From NCBI GenBank assembly GCA_023259435.1, contig JALRHZ010000003.1:3058-67057 (forward strand): a stretch of DNA of 64,000 bases. The letters are read 5' to 3'. The notes beneath the pieces are model-generated. The model was not told the origin of the DNA and made no database searches. It saw nothing but the letters and a program-made list of their open reading frames with translations. Source of the stretch: Paracoccaceae bacterium (GTDB taxonomy: Bacteria > Pseudomonadota > Alphaproteobacteria > Rhodobacterales > Rhodobacteraceae). Below, in pieces: positions 29,555 through 38,833 of this stretch (position 1 is its first letter; the number at the start of each line of letters is the position of its first letter). A program made the translations under genes and the position numbers.

Positions 29555-30652
29555 CTAGTCGCCCCACCCTTGCGATTGCATTTCGATCAAGCGACTAGCC
29601 GTGCGCTCGAACTCGAAACTTCCCTCTCCTTCGACATACAACATTTCAGGGCGCGCCGCGGCGGTACAAATAAGCTTTACCTTGGCCTCATATAACGCGT
29701 CGATCAGCGTCACAAACCGTTTTGCCTCATTGAAATTGCTGCGCCCAAGCGCGGGGATATTTTCCAAGATCAGAACGCGCACAGCCTCGGCGATGGCCAA
29801 ATAATCCGCGGGGCCCAGCGCGGTTGCACATAAATCATAGAAACTTACGCGGGCGATACCGTTATGAAATTGCGGCAACACTAACTCTCGCCCCTTGACC
29901 CAAATGGAAAAGGACGCGCTTTGCCCCATCGTCAAGTCCTGCCAGATATCATCGATGAGTGCACGAGTATCAGGGTCAACAGGGCTAAAGTACGTCGCAG
30001 TTTGTGATAGTCTTGTTTTGCGGTAATCTGTATCACTTACCATTTCCCAGACTTGAAGATGCTGTTTTATGATCTCGATAAAGGGCAGAAAAAGCTGTCG
30101 GTTCAGTCCATCTTTGTACAAATCATCGGGCACACGGTTGGACGTAGTAATCACTGTGACGCCTGCGTTAAACAAAATTTCAAACAAACGCCCCACGATC
30201 ATGGCATCTGTGATGTCTTTTATTTGCATTTCGTCCAAGGCCAAAACGCGAATAGATTTCGCAACCTCGTTGGCAATGGGCACAATTGCATCAGCCTGAC
30301 CATTTAGCCGCGCATGATGCAAAGATGTTTGAATTTCTTGCATAAACTCATGAAAATGCACGCGGCGGACAGGAACATCTAGGGCCGCGACGAACAGATC
30401 CATCACCATGGACTTTCCTCGGCCAACGCCCCCCCACAGATACAGACCGCGCACTGGCTGTGTCTTTTTACGGAAAAAACCTGTACGCTTTGGCGTCCTT
30501 AGGGCTTGGTGGATATCCTCCAAAGGACCAAGTGCAGATACCTGCGCCGGATCCGATGTTAATTCACCATTGGCCACTTTGGCGGCATAAATCTCATGTA
30601 ATGTATCCATGGGGTTTGAATACAATGCAGAATTTACATTGAAAAGGCTCAC
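29555..30652 (-). CDS. zapE: cell division protein ZapE (AFG1-like ATPase)
   Basis: Walker A LWGGVGRGKS, Walker B VLALDEMQ, and AFG1-family length and layout. Confidence 0.9.
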   Translation of the reverse strand: MSLFNVNSALYSNPMDTLHEIYAAKVANGELTSDPAQVSALGPLEDIHQALRTPKRTGFFRKKTQPVRGLYLWGGVGRGKSMVMDLFVAALDVPVRRVHFHEFMQEIQTSLHHARLNGQADAIVPIANEVAKSIRVLALDEMQIKDITDAMIVGRLFEILFNAGVTVITTSNRVPDDLYKDGLNRQLFLPFIEIIKQHLQVWEMVSDTDYRKTRLSQTATYFSPVDPDTRALIDDIWQDLTMGQSASFSIWVKGRELVLPQFHNGIARVSFYDLCATALGPADYLAIAEAVRVLILENIPALGRSNFNEAKRFVTLIDALYEAKVKLICTAAARPEMLYVEGEGSFEFERTASRLIEMQSQGWGD

Positions 30653-30717
30653 TGTTGCATAACGTGAATTGACCGCATGGCTATTGTGGATAATGTCATC
30701 CGCAAAGGAGAATTTGC

Positions 30718-31953
30718 ATGCAGCGTGTTCAGACTTCGCTCTTCACACCCGTTTTGATCGTTGGATGCACAGTGATCCTTGTGGGATTTGCTATTCGCGC
30801 GTCCTTTGGCGTGTTTCAAATTCCTATTGCCGAGGAATTTGGATGGCTGCGGGCCGAGTTCTCGTTGGCCATTGCGATCCAAAATTTGGCATGGGGGATC
30901 GGGCAACCAATCTTTGGCGCGATTGCCGAAAAAATTGGCGACCGTAAGGCGATAGTTTTCGGCGCGATTATATATGCGGCGGGCTTGGTTCTATCGTCTT
31001 ATGCAATCACACCTGCGCTGCATCAGATGTATGAAGTGCTCGTGGGCTTTGGCGTTGCGGGCACAGGGTTTGGTGTCATCCTTGCCGTTGTGGGTCGTGC
31101 AAGTGATCCAAAGCATCGCTCAATGTCACTTGCCATTGCGACCGCCGCCGGCAGCGCAGGTCAGGTCGTTGGAGCGCCCTTGGCCGAGTACCTCTTGTCA
31201 ATGATGTCTTGGCAAAATGTGTTCTTTGTCTTCGCAGCCGCCATTTTGTCCGTCATTTTGCTCTTGCCCTTTATGCGCGCGCCCGCAACCGCCAGCAAAG
31301 AAGAGCTGCAGGAGACAATGGGCGAAATCCTGTTAAAGGCGTTCAAAGACCCATCCTATACCATGATCTTTCTGGGCTTTTTTAGTTGCGGCTATCAACT
31401 CGCGTTTGTGACCGCACATTTCCCTGCACTGGTGACCGAGATGTGTGGGCCACTCCTGCCGGGGGGTGCCCTTTACTCAATTGGCATTACGTCCACCTCA
31501 CGTCTTGGGGCGGTCGCGATCTCTTTGATCGGTTTGGCAAATATCGTCGGGACATTGGTTGCAGGATATCTTGGCAACCACTTTCCGAAAAAGTACCTGC
31601 TGTCGATTATCTATTTGGGCCGCACCCTAATTGCCGCTGGCTTTATCATTCTGCCGATTACACCCACCAGCGTGATTGTGTTTTCGGTCCTGATGGGATC
31701 ACTCTGGCTGGCCACGGTTCCCCTCACAAGCGGCCTTATCGCCCACCTCTATGGCCTGCGCTACATGGGTACGCTCTATGGGATTGTGTTCTTTTCTCAC
31801 CAACTCGGAAGTTTTCTGGGCGTATGGCTGGGCGGGCGGCTCTATGACGTTTATGGCGATTACACGATGGTTTGGTGGGTTGGCGTCGGCGTGGGCGCCT
31901 TTAGCGCCCTCATCCACCTCCCGATCAAAGAACGCCCACTGGCAAGCGCATAG
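30718..31953 (+). CDS. MFS transporter
   Basis: 411 aa with about 12 predicted TM helices. MFS loop motif G.IAEKIGDRK. AAAGGAG SD. Confidence 0.85.
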   Translation: MQRVQTSLFTPVLIVGCTVILVGFAIRASFGVFQIPIAEEFGWLRAEFSLAIAIQNLAWGIGQPIFGAIAEKIGDRKAIVFGAIIYAAGLVLSSYAITPALHQMYEVLVGFGVAGTGFGVILAVVGRASDPKHRSMSLAIATAAGSAGQVVGAPLAEYLLSMMSWQNVFFVFAAAILSVILLLPFMRAPATASKEELQETMGEILLKAFKDPSYTMIFLGFFSCGYQLAFVTAHFPALVTEMCGPLLPGGALYSIGITSTSRLGAVAISLIGLANIVGTLVAGYLGNHFPKKYLLSIIYLGRTLIAAGFIILPITPTSVIVFSVLMGSLWLATVPLTSGLIAHLYGLRYMGTLYGIVFFSHQLGSFLGVWLGGRLYDVYGDYTMVWWVGVGVGAFSALIHLPIKERPLASA

Positions 31954-31981
31954 AAACCCAGTCGTGGGCAACGCCCATGAC

Positions 31982-32016
31982 GCGTTTTCGCAGGGGTCGA
32001 TCCCCCAAGAAAACGC
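31982..32016. terminator. hairpin in the convergent gap (MFS / hydrolase), no clear U-tract
   Basis: Outer stem GCGTTTTC/GAAAACGC and inner stem GGGG/CCCC. It sits between two convergent stops. Confidence 0.4.
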
Positions 32017-32022
32017 ACCTCT

Positions 32023-32940
32023 CTAGGACGTCAGAGCATCCACAACCCATTGGGAATCCGTGTAGGGAACAGAATGTCCTACCTTGGGTACAACGACATG
32101 TTTTACCTGATCATTCCATTGGGATAACGTCTCTTTGCAGCTCAAAGGAATAACATCATCGATCTCCCCCCAAACCGCTGTGACATCTAACGCGGACCGC
32201 GCTATTTCCTGATGATCTTGCTGGGTCGTGGCAGATAACGCTCCTCTTAAAGACGCCAACACACATCTGCGGAACCCTTTGTAGTTCAATTCCCGCTGTT
32301 GCCGATCAATAACAAAATCAACCTCTGAAACTAACGCCCGCTCAGTCTCTGTTCCTTTTAGATGTTGCTGGCCATACACTGCCATAAACAACCAATCGCC
32401 AATCAGTGGCAGTTTTACCAGTTTGGCAGTCAGCCCAAGCTCATGCCCCATGCCGGCAGGTGTGACCAAGACAAGTTTCTTGATCCGCTCAGGATGGTCT
32501 GCGGCAAATGCGGTCACGACCCATCCGCCCATAGAATACCCGACAAGGTCAAAGGCCTCTGTCACCCCGAGCTTGTCCAACAGCTCTGCAAGATGCGACA
32601 CAAAGAACGCACGATCCTGTGTTGCCTTGGGGCGATCGGAATAGCCCCGACCATAATGGTCATACACCAAAACCCGTTTCCCTGCGGCAACCAGCTTTTC
32701 CGCAACAGCCTCAAACGCATAACTAGGTGTCGTCAAACCATGCACACACACCACAAGCGGGCCATCTTCTGGGCCGAAAAAACGGTAATGTGTGACCCCA
32801 CGGCTTAACGTCACAAACTTACCCGGTGCATCTGCGCGTGCAACATCATCCATCTCTAACCGCCGCGCCTCAGCAATGAATGGTGCCGCAACAATACCCC
32901 CAAGGACCGCAAGTGTTCCAATCATCGTGCATCCCTCCAT
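32023..32940 (-). CDS. alpha/beta hydrolase
   Basis: Nucleophile elbow GYSMGG, HG oxyanion motif VHGL, and C-terminal His (GHSV). The start may be the ATG at 32925, which abuts the upstream stop. Confidence 0.85.
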   Translation of the reverse strand: MEGCTMIGTLAVLGGIVAAPFIAEARRLEMDDVARADAPGKFVTLSRGVTHYRFFGPEDGPLVVCVHGLTTPSYAFEAVAEKLVAAGKRVLVYDHYGRGYSDRPKATQDRAFFVSHLAELLDKLGVTEAFDLVGYSMGGWVVTAFAADHPERIKKLVLVTPAGMGHELGLTAKLVKLPLIGDWLFMAVYGQQHLKGTETERALVSEVDFVIDRQQRELNYKGFRRCVLASLRGALSATTQQDHQEIARSALDVTAVWGEIDDVIPLSCKETLSQWNDQVKHVVVPKVGHSVPYTDSQWVVDALTS

Positions 32941-33836
32941 GACGACAGAATATAACGCGATGTCATAAGGTCCATATGCGCACCCCCTCCGTTTTTGAAC
33001 AAAGTAATCTCATCCTCTGAGACCCGCGCAAATTTTTCCATTTCATAGTAATCAGCAATGACATCGCTGGCCTGAATGCGGCCCTGTTCAAGTGGTATTT
33101 TCAACTCGCCAATATGTCCCATCGTTGTGTCAAGACTGTCGACAAAAATACGCGCTTTTTGCAAGGCGTCATCATCAGCCTCGCGCATATCCGGCCTATA
33201 GGCTCCGATAAGGTCAATGTGTTGACCCGGACGCAACCACGCGCCTTTTAGAACGGGCTCCGTCGACATGGTCGCACAGGTGACAATGTCCGAAGACTTC
33301 ACCGCCGTTTCTAGATCTTCGACAAAAGTCGCACCGCACTCTTGTGCGAAGGCCTGCCCTCGCTCTGCGGTTCTGTTCCAGACGAGGAACTGGGCCTTTT
33401 GAAACAAACTTCTGTAGGCTGAAATCAAGGATTTCCCAACTGTTCCAGCCCCAACCACAAGAATGGTTTTACTGTCTGGGCGGGCCAATTTTTTCGCGGC
33501 CAACAGACTGTCACCTGCTGTTTTCCATTTTGTGACCAAATGAAAATCAATCATGGCCTCGGCCACACCGGAGGCATCATCAAACACCGTGACGGCCCCG
33601 TTGATCATTGGACGCCCCTGATCCGGATTATCGGGAAAAACAGTGGCCGATTTCACCGCAAGACCCAATCCATCAATCCAAGCCGAGCGAGACAACAACG
33701 TATCGCGCCCTCGGTATAAGAACGTGTCATCAACATGCGCACGGGGAAGGCGGTGACCCTGCTCTATGGCGTCACATAGTCCAGACCACGTGATATGCCG
33801 CTCTCCCTCTTCAAACGAAATCTGCGCTAAGCTCAT
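32922..33836 (-). CDS. ornithine cyclodeaminase/mu-crystallin family protein
   Basis: Rossmann motif VVGAGTVG in the mid-protein position typical of the OCD/mu-crystallin family. 304 aa. Confidence 0.8.
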   Translation of the reverse strand: MSLAQISFEEGERHITWSGLCDAIEQGHRLPRAHVDDTFLYRGRDTLLSRSAWIDGLGLAVKSATVFPDNPDQGRPMINGAVTVFDDASGVAEAMIDFHLVTKWKTAGDSLLAAKKLARPDSKTILVVGAGTVGKSLISAYRSLFQKAQFLVWNRTAERGQAFAQECGATFVEDLETAVKSSDIVTCATMSTEPVLKGAWLRPGQHIDLIGAYRPDMREADDDALQKARIFVDSLDTTMGHIGELKIPLEQGRIQASDVIADYYEMEKFARVSEDEITLFKNGGGAHMDLMTSRYILSSWRDAR

Positions 33837-34450
33837 TGCGCCTCCTCAATTGTTAAAAGACCTTGCGCGACAACACAGTCGGCAAATCCCTGTGGCGTCT
33901 GAAACAAATGTGTCTGCCACCCGCGTGATTGTGCAGCGTCGATGTTATCTTGTAGGTCATCAATGAACAAAAGAGCGTCCCCCGACAAACCACTGTCACG
34001 TTCCACAATTTCATATATTTCTGGCTCTGGCTTGATCCACTTTAAGCGGCCTGAAATATAACGCCGGTCGAACTCGGCCAAAAACGGATAGCGCACCTGT
34101 GCTATATCATAGGTTTCATCCCCGAAATTACTTAGGGCAAAAACCGGCATGCCCTTGGACCGTAGAGCCCTGAGAATGCGGATGGACTGGGGAATTTCAG
34201 GGGTTACCATCTCGGCCCATCTATCGTGCCATGCCATGATTTCCGCCGACCATTCAGGATACTCTTGGGCCAATTTTTGAACTGTTGGAAAAAACGGTGC
34301 CCCGCGATCTAAGGCTTGATTGACCGTCTTGATAGGGACCGTGTCAAAAAACTCTTTGGTCCGCTCTTTGCCAAACACTTGATTATAAATTTCGTCCGGT
34401 CGCCATGAAATCAGAACGTTTCCTATGTCAAAAACAACTGCTTTAATCAT
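33833..34450 (-). CDS. HAD-superfamily hydrolase (subfamily IA-like; motif I is DIGNV)
   Basis: Motif I VVFDIGNVL has the nucleophile Asp but Gly at Asp+2. Motif II is LSN and motif IV is FIDD. 4-nt overlaps on both sides. Confidence 0.75.
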   Translation of the reverse strand: MIKAVVFDIGNVLISWRPDEIYNQVFGKERTKEFFDTVPIKTVNQALDRGAPFFPTVQKLAQEYPEWSAEIMAWHDRWAEMVTPEIPQSIRILRALRSKGMPVFALSNFGDETYDIAQVRYPFLAEFDRRYISGRLKWIKPEPEIYEIVERDSGLSGDALLFIDDLQDNIDAAQSRGWQTHLFQTPQGFADCVVAQGLLTIEEAQ

Positions 34451-35388
34451 ATATTCTCTCGTCGCGCGATCTGCGCCTCTCTAAAGACCAAAAATAATCC
34501 CGACCCAACGATCAGCACCATACCAAATAAGGCTAGACCATCTGGCCACGTGTCAAACACGACCACTCCCCAAAACAACGCCAAAGGCATTGCAACGTAT
34601 TCCATTGGGGCAATGAATGCAGCATCCGAGAGACGGAAGGCCTGCGAGACAAACATACCCCCCGCCATACTTGCAACACCAATAAGGCCGAAGACCCACA
34701 TATCAGACAGCTCGGGCCAATGCCACGCCCGCAAGAGGAACGTAAGGGACTCATGCGCATAGCCATCAAATCGCCCGTGGCCCAAAGCCAAGCCAATCAC
34801 AACAGACACCGTGATAAAGACGAACAACGTATACAGCGTCATTGTCGCGGCGGATTCTGTTTCGCGCACTTGGCGCGTGATCATATGTAGATATCCATAC
34901 CCAATTGCCGCACAAATCGGAAGCAAGGATGCAATCTGAAACACATCCGTTCCTGGCCGGATGACGATTAGGACACCGATCAACCCAATTGCAATCGCGG
35001 CCCACCTGCGTGGGCCAACAGTTTCGCCCAATATGAATACAGACATGACTGAGATGACCAATGGGCTTACGAAAAAGATCGCAACCGCATCGGCAATGGG
35101 CAAAGCCGCAAGCCCAAGAAAAAATGCCATGTTCGCAAAGACCGCGCATAGCCCCCTAAGGATCAGTTTCCATGGACGTTGCGACCGAAACAATGGCTTG
35201 CCGAAATGAAACGGCGCGATCACCGCTAAAAACACAGCAAGACCAATCATGGACCGGATCAAGACAACTTGATGCAAGGGATAGCCCCCCGACAAAAACT
35301 TGATCCCGACATCGTTCAATGAAAAGCAACAGACGGACGCAAACCCAAAGGCCGCCCCCATGATATGACTTGATTGCAAGTTGGACAT
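34447..35388 (-). CDS. DMT-superfamily (EamA-like) transporter
   Basis: 313 aa with about 10 TM helices in a two-EamA-repeat layout. AGGAG SD. Confidence 0.85.
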   Translation of the reverse strand: MSNLQSSHIMGAAFGFASVCCFSLNDVGIKFLSGGYPLHQVVLIRSMIGLAVFLAVIAPFHFGKPLFRSQRPWKLILRGLCAVFANMAFFLGLAALPIADAVAIFFVSPLVISVMSVFILGETVGPRRWAAIAIGLIGVLIVIRPGTDVFQIASLLPICAAIGYGYLHMITRQVRETESAATMTLYTLFVFITVSVVIGLALGHGRFDGYAHESLTFLLRAWHWPELSDMWVFGLIGVASMAGGMFVSQAFRLSDAAFIAPMEYVAMPLALFWGVVVFDTWPDGLALFGMVLIVGSGLFLVFREAQIARRENI

Positions 35389-35465
35389 CGTTTGCTCCTA
35401 TAAAGGTAACAGACCTGCCGAAGCAAACGATGTAAAGCGTAAAGATACGTCTTTGAGAACGAATG

Positions 35466-36920
35466 TTATTTTTTAGAGGCGGATTTCCCTTTCCCTCTTG
35501 GAACTTTGAATTCTTCGGGGATAGGCATGCGGTTAAAGGCATCTAACCCTGCCACCTTATAGGCCTCGGCCAATGTGGGATAGTTAAAGGTATTTTGAAT
35601 AAAGTAATCCACTGTCCCCTTTAGGTTCATCACCGCCTGCCCGATGTGAATCAATTCGGTTGCCCCTTCGCCCACAATTTGAACGCCCAGCAGACGTCGG
35701 GTCTTGAGGCTAACCAACATCTTTAACATACCATGCTCAATTCCCATGATATGCCCGCGCGATGTTTCACGGAACCGCGCAACGCCAACTTCATACGGGA
35801 TTTCGCGTTCAATCAACTCTTCTTCGGACATGCCACAGGTTGAAATTTCTGGCACTGAATAAATGCCATAAGGATACCATGGGCTTTCGTTTAGTGTCGG
35901 CGTATCCAGTGCATGACAGGCGGCAACACGACCTTGTTGCATCGACGTTGACGCCAATGAGGGATGCCCAATCACATCACCGGTTGCGTAGATATGTGGA
36001 ACCTTGGTTTGATAGGTCGCTCGATCGACCTCGATCCGCCCACGGTGATCCGTTTCCAGCCCAACAGCCTCTAAGCCCAATTTGTCCGTGGCTCCCATGC
36101 GACCAGCGGCAAAAAGCAACATCTCGGCGCGCACATGACGCCCGTTCTTTAAGGTAACTTCAACATGCTCCTCTGCATCCTCAACCTTTTCAATGGGCGA
36201 GCCCAACCGTAAATCCACACCGTTCTCGGTGATCTGATGCGAGAATTCTTGGATGGTTTTATGATCGATAAAATCGAGGAAACTATCACGGGGTTCGATC
36301 AGGGTGACGCGAATGTCCAATGCAGAAAACATTGTCGCATATTCGACACCAATAACGCCTGCACCCACCACAATTAGGCTGCGGGGCAGATGATCGATTT
36401 CCAAAAATTCATCGCTGTCCAAAATTGTTGTGCGGTTAAACGGAACCCAATCGGGGCGAAAAGTCTTTGTGCCCGTGGAGATTAGAAATTTATCCGCTGT
36501 CAGGCGGACCTTGTCACCTGCATCAACAGAGACCTCAATTTCATTGTCCCCAACAAACTTTGCCAAACCGTCCAGCGTTTCAACATAGTTTCGATTGAAC
36601 TGGTGTTCTAGAATATCCACTTCGTAGTCAAGCGTCATATGCAAGCGCGTTTTCAAATCATCCGCCGCAATTTCATCTTTCACACGGTAAGAGCGCCCAT
36701 AAAAATGCCGCTCGCGCCACCCCGTCAAATTCAAAACCGTTTCGCGTAGCGTTTTTGACGGAATGGTCCCTGTATGCACCGATACTCCGCCCAGCTTACT
36801 TTTTCGATCAACCACAAGAACTTTGCGTTTCAGCTTGCCGGCCTGAATTGCCGCAGCGCGTCCAGACGGCCCGCTTCCGATAACAACCAAATCATAATGA
36901 GGCATTGAGGTCGTACCCAT
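35466..36920 (-). CDS. sthA: Si-specific NAD(P)+ transhydrogenase (soluble)
   Basis: YDLVVIGSGPSG FAD fold. A flavoprotein disulfide reductase layout without the redox CxxxxC. NAD fold VVGAGVIGVEYA. It carries an extra Lys-rich C-terminal tail. Confidence 0.85.
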   Translation of the reverse strand: MGTTSMPHYDLVVIGSGPSGRAAAIQAGKLKRKVLVVDRKSKLGGVSVHTGTIPSKTLRETVLNLTGWRERHFYGRSYRVKDEIAADDLKTRLHMTLDYEVDILEHQFNRNYVETLDGLAKFVGDNEIEVSVDAGDKVRLTADKFLISTGTKTFRPDWVPFNRTTILDSDEFLEIDHLPRSLIVVGAGVIGVEYATMFSALDIRVTLIEPRDSFLDFIDHKTIQEFSHQITENGVDLRLGSPIEKVEDAEEHVEVTLKNGRHVRAEMLLFAAGRMGATDKLGLEAVGLETDHRGRIEVDRATYQTKVPHIYATGDVIGHPSLASTSMQQGRVAACHALDTPTLNESPWYPYGIYSVPEISTCGMSEEELIEREIPYEVGVARFRETSRGHIMGIEHGMLKMLVSLKTRRLLGVQIVGEGATELIHIGQAVMNLKGTVDYFIQNTFNYPTLAEAYKVAGLDAFNRMPIPEEFKVPRGKGKSASKK

Positions 36921-36956
36921 TCTATTTCCAATCTCTTTCGTTTAACGGCGGTTTAT

Positions 36957-37790
36957 CTATCGGCTGTAGAGCGCATCGGAATGAAACGCGATGTGATCTT
37001 CCATAAACGAGCTGACAAAGAAATAGCTATGATCATATCCCTTTTGCAGGCGTAAAGTTGCCTCTTGGCGCCGTTCAGCAACCGCCAAAGCAAAAGCTTC
37101 GGGACATAAGAGATCGATAAACTGGTCTGAGGCGCCTTGATCGATTAGGATTGGCCCATCAAAACCATTCTCGCGCATCAAATGAGAGGCATCATGTTGC
37201 GACCATAACGCTTTGTCTTGCCCCAAGTAAGCACCAAGTTGTTTTTGGCCCCACTCTGTTTTGGACGGGTTACAGATCGGCGCAAAAGCAGAAACCGATG
37301 CAAACCGCTCTTGCAGGCGCATTGCAATCGTTAAGGCCCCATGCCCGCCCATCGAATGGCCCGTGATGGATTGCCGATCCATATCCAAGGCAAACTCGGA
37401 TCTGACAAGGTTTGGCAATTCTTGCGTGATATAGTCCCACATCTTATAATTCGGCGCCCAAGGATCTCGGGTGGCGTTCACATAAAACCCGGCACCTTTG
37501 CCTAAATCATACGCATCGTCATCTGCCACATGATCGCCCCGCGGCGAAGTATCTGGAAAAACCAATGCAATCCCTGCTTCTTCGGCCCAGACCTGTGCAC
37601 CGGCCTTAACCATCGCGTTTTCATGGGTGCAGGTCAAACCAGAGAGATACCAAAGAACCGGCACTTCGACCTCTTGGGCAAGGGAAGGTAAAAACAAACC
37701 AAAGGTCATATCACACCCACATGCCTCTGACGCATGGGAATACACCCCTTGCACACCATCAAAACACTTATTCTCAGAAACTACTTTCAT
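36957..37790 (-). CDS. frmB: S-formylglutathione hydrolase
   Basis: Esterase D family: LSGLTCT.EN and GHSMGGHGAL. Start taken at MKVVSENKCFDG (37790). Confidence 0.9.
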   Translation of the reverse strand: MKVVSENKCFDGVQGVYSHASEACGCDMTFGLFLPSLAQEVEVPVLWYLSGLTCTHENAMVKAGAQVWAEEAGIALVFPDTSPRGDHVADDDAYDLGKGAGFYVNATRDPWAPNYKMWDYITQELPNLVRSEFALDMDRQSITGHSMGGHGALTIAMRLQERFASVSAFAPICNPSKTEWGQKQLGAYLGQDKALWSQHDASHLMRENGFDGPILIDQGASDQFIDLLCPEAFALAVAERRQEATLRLQKGYDHSYFFVSSFMEDHIAFHSDALYSR

Positions 37791-37915
37791 CTCTATCTCT
37801 CCTATCGCATGGGTTCCTTTTGTGTGACCCAAAAGCGTCATTGTTTTCAGATTGAAACATGCCACATTCACCACCAAGATATGCTAGTATTGCGACAGTT
37901 TAAGGAACGCCTGCG

Positions 37916-38833
37916 TTGAACCACAAAGAATTCCTATCCCAGCTTGCACCAGAGGACAAACAGGCTCTCACGCAAAAATCAAATTGGGCAGGTTTAAAGC
38001 ACCTCGCCGCCTATGTGTCGCTACAGGCGATCTTGATCTGCGCGATCTTAGCCAAAAGTCCCTTCTGGCCGCTCTTGATGCTGCCTTTAGGAATTTTACA
38101 CGTCTTCCTCTTCACACTGCAGCACGAATGCACACATGCAACTCCATTCAAACATCCACGCCTAAACAACATCGTTGGCCACATCTGCGGTCTTGTCATT
38201 GTCCAGCCGTTTTTATGGTTTCGATACTTTCACCTCGTTCATCACAAACACACCAACATTCCAGGCCGTGATCCCGAACTAGAAGGACAGCAAAAACCGC
38301 AAACTTGGTTAGAATTTGCGCATCACCTAAGCACGGTTTCATATTGGGCCGCTAAGATTGACACGCTCTGGACCAATGCCAAAGGACAAGACTTTGCCTC
38401 TTATGTCCCAAGCTCTGCCAGACCCTCCCTCAAACGCGAAGCGCGCTTAATGATCGCTGTGTATACAGCTGTCTTACTCTTGGCCATTATGTTTGATGCA
38501 ACATGGCTATTGTGGATCTGGATTGTCCCAATTGTCATTGGTTTCCCTTTCCTGCGTCTGTATTTGCTTGCCGAACATGGGCGCTGTCCTCAGGTTGTGA
38601 ATATGTTCGACAACACAAGAACCGTGTTTACCACCCGTCTAACAAGGTTTCTTGCGTGGAATATGCCCTATCACACGGAACATCATGTCTACCCCTCTGT
38701 GCCGTTTCATAACCTACCTCAGCTGCACACTGTTATGCAGGCGCATCTGCAAAATACATCGCACGGTTACGGGCAATTTACCAAAGACTACGTCACGCAT
38801 CTCACAGATACAAAGGGGCGACCAACGCCATAA
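37916..38833 (+). CDS. fatty acid desaturase family protein
   Basis: Three His boxes (HECTH, HLVHHKH, HTEHH) within a membrane-protein layout. The TTG start as called is uncertain. Confidence 0.75.
   Translation: MNHKEFLSQLAPEDKQALTQKSNWAGLKHLAAYVSLQAILICAILAKSPFWPLLMLPLGILHVFLFTLQHECTHATPFKHPRLNNIVGHICGLVIVQPFLWFRYFHLVHHKHTNIPGRDPELEGQQKPQTWLEFAHHLSTVSYWAAKIDTLWTNAKGQDFASYVPSSARPSLKREARLMIAVYTAVLLLAIMFDATWLLWIWIVPIVIGFPFLRLYLLAEHGRCPQVVNMFDNTRTVFTTRLTRFLAWNMPYHTEHHVYPSVPFHNLPQLHTVMQAHLQNTSHGYGQFTKDYVTHLTDTKGRPTP

Noticed and set aside
30685-30693. Perfect DnaA box TGTGGATAA (TTATCCACA) between zapE and the MFS gene
   Set aside because: A single 9-mer is expected by chance about 0.5 times in 64 kb on both strands. 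There is no cluster, no AT-rich unwinding element and no dnaA/dnaN/hemE context, so it is not an origin.
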